Positions 59,045 through 64,000 of a stretch of DNA of 64,000 nt are shown here, in pieces. Position numbers and translations under genes: made by a program. The first letter of the stretch is position 1; each line of letters begins with the position of its first letter. The notes under the pieces are model-generated. The model saw only the letters and a program-made list of their open reading frames with translations, did not search any database and was not told the origin of the DNA. Source of the stretch: the human T2T-CHM13v2.0 reference genome, Homo sapiens; the NCBI RefSeq assembly GCF_009914755.1, contig NC_060932.1, one strand, 5' to 3'.

Positions 59045-59328
59045 GTTTTTTGGTTTTTTTCCTCACTCTGTGGAAATGAGGAGGCAGAAGTGCATTAGCA
59101 TGATCTTGGCTCACCGCAACCTCTGCCTCCCAGGTTCAAGCCATTTTCCTGCCTCAGCCTCCCAAGTAGCTGGGATTACAGGTGGCTGCCACCACACCTG
59201 GCTAGTTTTTGTACTTTTAGTAGAGACAGGTTTCACCATGTTGAACAGGCTGGCCTCAAACTCCTGACCTCAAGTGATCCACCTGTCTCGGCTTCCCAAA
59301 GTGCTGGGATTACAGGCAGGAGCCATGG
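59045..59328 (-). mobile_element. Alu (AluS), degenerate at the tail end
   Basis: gatcttggctcaccgcaacctctgcctcccaggttcaag...cccaaagtgctgggattacaggc. Confidence 0.92.
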
Positions 59329-61156
59329 AGGCTAGCCTTAATTATCTTCTTTTTAAGGGGGGGAAGGATTTTAAGAGGATCAAGCATGCAAAATTTTGGA
59401 TAGAAATAAAAGATTATTCAAAAATGAAGTATTTGTGGGTTCACCCCTTTTTTACTTTGGAGGAGAGAGGGGGAGAGTGAGACTCGTACAGCAGCAAGTA
59501 TTTTGCCTTTCTGGAACTTGGTGCTGTTTGAATTATTGCTCCATCCCTCTTCCCTCTCATCCTTTCTGTTACTCTCTCTCTTGCAATTTTTCTTCCATAA
59601 CAGAAGAGTATCTTAAAATCTATTTTATATGTTCACATTCTGAATTCTAAAAGCTGTTGGAATGTTATATATTTCCCTTAAATTATCAAGTTTTTACTAT
59701 GAAGCTCTCAATTGATTTTCAATAAGTGGGTAGATTTTTTTTAAAAAATCCTGCCCTTACTAGAGATACAGCACATGTAAATCAGCTACTCTAACATTTT
59801 CTTCTAAGGACCTGTCATTCTGAGATAGCAGACTTGGTCCCATGGCTAATTAAGGGAAGTTGGATAACCCAGCGCATATTCATATTAAGAAACATAATGA
59901 ACAAAATCTTCCACTTTGGTTCTACACACGACACAGACAGGCGCTTGGTGGTGCTTTTTTACACTTGCCTTTCTATGAAAGATGGAGGCGAAATAGAACA
60001 TCTTAACTCAGGGAAGTCAGTGGAGATGGTAGTGGCTCTTTAAACACACTGCTGGGTGCCTGACTTCACTAACAGATGGAGATTAGGGATAGCAGCACCG
60101 TCTGCTTGGTTATCGTCCCTGAATACATGCTCAATAAAAACTTGCACATTCTAGCAATGGACACTTCTTTGATGGATTCTGTAATGACTGAATGGAGCTT
60201 TGCTGAATAAAATTACCGCAGTGTCTGAAAATATCAAACACAGGGGAGACAGAGGAGGCGGCCTCACACTGAACCCACTCTGGAGCCTGCGCAGTGTCTC
60301 TCTCAGCGGGAAGGCCATAGGCCTCCATAAAGCCATGCGCTGAATGGGGTCTAAGGCAGGCCCAAAATGTTTCTCATGTGCTAATTCTGATCAGATGTTT
60401 TTGGAAGCACCTGAATAAGACCCTAGAATTCTAGAAATGTAGAAGACGAGTGTGACTTGGCATACCTCAGCTATAAGAAGACTTCAGCATAGGCCTTGCA
60501 GTAAATCTGATTTCGAGGAGAATTATGTCTTGATAGGTCTGCCAGGATATTAGTGCCAAGACTAAATTATAGTAATCTCTATTTTCTGTCACTTTTTCTT
60601 CCCAAAAGGCTTATAGCTCAAAATGTAAACTATTGTTGAGAAGGTTTCTGGGGAGAACATAATATAATATGGGCAAACCCCCAATTTAAAAATGAGTCAC
60701 ATTTCAAAAGCATGTTTATGAAATGGGTGTCTGAGATTTAGAAACCATTTTCCATGAACATGCTGTTATAAACGGTGGTAAACTTGCCCAGAAGGGCCTC
60801 CTCAGCCCATAATGAGTCTCATATATAATTCTTTCCAAGGACCCTGAGCACCATTTACAGAATACTGTTTCAGTGAGAAAAGCATTCTAATTTCTACCCT
60901 ATAACATCAAGAACATACCCTTACATACTGGTCAAGCTGGTTGCAAGCTAGGATAGGGGAAAAGAATACATTTCCCATCCTTGCTTAAGCCTTTCAGCTA
61001 CTAACTATAGACAGAAATCTCCACATTGTGCTACTCATCACTGAGGAATGAGTTTTCTTCCCATGGAGAGGAGGAACTCCCTTGTTGCACAACAACCACT
61101 GTTCAATTGCAAGGTACACTTTAAGTTAAGTGGTCTAATTTCTTATTAGAATAGGA

Positions 61157-61285
61157 AGCTGGGTGTTTCTGGCTCAGGGTGTCCCACAAACATGCAATCA
61201 AGGTGTCAGCTGGGCTGCGGTCTCATCTGAAGGCTTGGTAGGGGGAGGATCCACTCTACCGCTCACTGGTTGGAAAGGCTCAGTG
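61157..61285 (-). mobile_element. MLT1 LTR fragment
   Basis: gctgggtgtttctggctcagggtgtccc...caaggtgtcagctgggctgcggtctcatctgaaggct. Confidence 0.8.
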
Positions 61286-61304
61286 AACTTGAGAGCAGAT
61301 CCTC

Positions 61305-61789
61305 CCCTGGTTCTAAAGGTATAGCCACAAATTCTGATACTCTTCTGTCAAGAAGTGGAGCTTAATCCCTTTCCTTTGAGTGTAGGCCGAACTTAGTGAT
61401 TCACTGCTACTAAACAGAACACAACAGGAGTGATGGGGGTTTGATTCCGTGAGTGGATGATAGACTATGACTTCCATCTTGGGTGCTCTCTTGTTCTCCT
61501 TAGATGGCTTGCTGTGGGGGAAACCAGCTGCTATATCGTAAGGCAGCCCTATGAAGAGGCCCATGTGGCAGGAAACGGAGGCTTGCCAACAGCCCTGTGA
61601 ATGAGCCCCAGAAAACACAATGCAGCTGACACCTTGACTGCAGCCTCGTGAGGAACACTGATCCAGGGGCACCCAGCTAAGCCATGCCCACAATCGTGAC
61701 CTAAGAAAACTATGGGATAGTAAATGAGTGTTGTTTTAAACTGCTAAGTTTTAGAATAATTGATTATACAGTGATAGAAAATTAATACA
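61305..61789 (+). mobile_element. MLT1 (MLT1E/F-like) solo LTR
   Basis: gaggcccatgtggcaggaaac...gtgttgttttaaactgctaagttttagaataattgattatacagtgatagaaaattaataca. Confidence 0.87.
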
Positions 61790-63473
61790 GTAATGTGTTC
61801 TAATAAAAGAAAAATAATGCAATTTTTTTCCAAAGGAAAACTAATGACATAAGCCAAAAAAAAAAACATCTTTATAATGCCAATTTCCACAGGAACAATA
61901 TATTTCCAGTCTAACTGATTTACAAATCGACCCCTAGAACATGACCCATTTCTAAGTTGGAGACTATCTCTATGTGGTTTATTTTCTCCACAAACTTTGT
62001 TCCCTCGTGTGCTGGCATTGCTAAAACAGGCATTTCTGAACCACTAAAGTCTAGGAATAGAGTGTAAGATATCAAAGTAGGGCTTTTAGCACTTTTGTAA
62101 TAATTCTGGCAATTTTTATTCATTTGCATTATCCAGGGGATTGCTACTTGCTTTTCCTGCTGTTTTGTTTGGGGAAGTTATACCTCTGCCTCATAGGGCT
62201 TACAAAAACAATGAAGAAAAATGTTTTTCCAAAATTCCCAGGGAGGCTAAATTTAAGTTAATGCCAAAGGCCTAACTGCAATGGGGAGAATATTCTGTAT
62301 TTCGGTGGGGTTTTGTTTTGTTGATCAGTTGGTTAGGTGAGTCTGGGGTCTCTTTTCTCTGACTAGACAGAAGTAAAAAGATGGTGGGGTTATTCCTATT
62401 CATAATGATGTCTATAGTAAAATATGTTTTTTCCCTTTTGCTATAAAAATAAAATAAAATCTAAACATTAAAATTGTTGCTGCTATTAAGCTAGGTGATT
62501 TATTAGCCTAGATACTTCATCCATAAGCAGCTTAAGGTTATAGGACCTCTAGTCTAAGCAGCAGAAGAATGGGACGCTATGCTTATAGTGTCTCATAAAA
62601 TCCTCAACATCTCTGCTCACGGTCATGAGACACCAGAAAACTAATGCTGAAGCTGATCGACCAGTCATGGCCCTAGTTTACTGACTCCTGAACTTAGTCT
62701 CACTACACTCTGGTCTCCCTCTTCCTCATTTTAGATTTTAGTTAAGTCCCTGGCAAAAACACGTAAGGACGGGATGAGTAAAGAAAGGAGGAAAAAATAC
62801 CAGTTGAACACATAGCAATGTCTCCTACCCTTCTTGAAAATGACAAAAACCATAGGTCACAGAAGTCTCAACTCAGATACTGCTTACAAGAAATTTTTGG
62901 ATAACCATTCAGGAGACACAAACCACACAGTAGGTTAATGGAAAGTCTAATATAAAGAATACTACAATAAAATAGTAACTACGTGATCTAAACTCTCTCT
63001 GGCAAACACGGACTGACAGAAAGTGCCCAAGGAAGACAGACATGAAAGGACTCAGATGTCTTGGAGAAGGTGTGCTTCAGCCACCAGACGGCTGAGAAGT
63101 TTGCGGGCTTGGCCAGGCCAGAGCTGATCTGGAGACACCAGACAGGCAACATCACCCTCTGGATTGCAGATTGTCAGGAACTAGCAGCATGACGTGCTGG
63201 GGGTGTCCAGGCACTGACGGGGGCAGGAGGCCTTGGAATCATCTGCGGGGATGCTGGGCACTGCCACGGACAGAAGCGGCACAGGCAGGGGCGGCCCAGG
63301 GGCTCTGGTGCCCTGTGGGGAGGGCTGCAGAAACATTACCACCAGGCTGAGGGTTTGAGGTCGCAGAGACTGAGTTCTGGGGCCATGACTGGGGCAGGCT
63401 CAACGGAAGGTCCTCATGCCCACAAAAGAAATGGCAAGAGAGACTTCCTCCAGCAATGACCCCCCTCCCCCAA

Positions 63474-63489
63474 AGCGCCCTCTACTGAC
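63474..63489 (-). promoter_or_regulatory. Candidate CTCF-binding motif
   Basis: Reverse complement GTCAGTAGAGGGCGCT, one mismatch to the core CCASYAGRKGGCRS, in locally GC/CpG-richer sequence. Confidence 0.5.
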
Positions 63490-63599
63490 AATGCTTAATG
63501 TCGTGCTCACATTAAACAAGAAACACCAAGGACATTCCTTGGCTTATCACAGAGCTTACACAGAAAGATGTATTTGGAGCTAAGAGGCAACAAATTAAT

Positions 63600-64000
63600 A
63601 ACAGACACACTTCAAAAGATACAAATCACCAAAAAATAACACGAGAAATAGAAAATCTGAAATAGAAAACTCCATGCTCCCAGATTTTCACTGAGAAACT
63701 CTAGATACATTCAAGCAAGAGATAATATCAATCCTATGTAAACGCCTTGAAAAAAGAGGAAGGGGGAACCTTTCCCAGCTCATTTCATAAGACCCACATT
63801 ACTCTGATGCCAAAACCAGACAAAGACACAAGAAAACTAGAGACAGATCCCCTTTATGAACACAGAATTTAAAATTCTTTAATAATACTGAATTCAGGAA
63901 TATATAAAAAGTATAACAATCATGGCCAAGTGGGATTCATCCAAGGAATTCAAAGTTGTTTTAACAATGAAAAAATTCAATTAATGTCATTTACCATATT
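63600..64000 (+). mobile_element. Old L1 ORF2 (reverse transcriptase region) relic, runs off the window end
   Basis: Remnants FPSSFHKTHITLMPKPDKD and QVGFIQG correspond to L1 ORF2 LPNSFYEASITLIPKPDKD and QVGFIPG. Confidence 0.85.

Overview
Primate genomic DNA, most likely human (Alu-, L1-, L2-, MIR- and MaLR-rich). It lies inside the MSRA gene (peptide methionine-S-sulfoxide reductase A), transcribed on the minus strand. Two coding exons are present: 45721-45789 (69 nt, (A)KHHVNGNRTVEPFPEGTQMAVF(G), exon 2 in the usual numbering) and 8404-8523 (120 nt, (G)[12 protein letters not shown]...YKEVCS, exon 3, with the catalytic GCFWG motif). They are separated by a 37,197-nt intron. The rest is intronic: 16 Alus, old L1 fragments, L2, CR1/L3, MIRs, MLT1 LTRs, an ERV-L pol relic, Tigger3 and MER58 DNA transposons, and short tandem duplications. 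Nearly all ORFs in the supplied track are spurious or repeat-derived. I see no evidence of a wholly new multi-gene system. The best leads are (1) a candidate alternative last exon about 5.2 kb downstream of exon 3 whose poly(A) signal would come from a ~70-bp L1PA tail, (2) a ~480-bp retroposed mRNA 3'-UTR fragment (resembling SET from memory) that splits an ancient L1 and carries a sense AATAAA, and (3) several close inverted Alu/MLT1 pairs able to form dsRNA in the pre-mRNA. Repeat boundaries and subfamilies are by-eye estimates.
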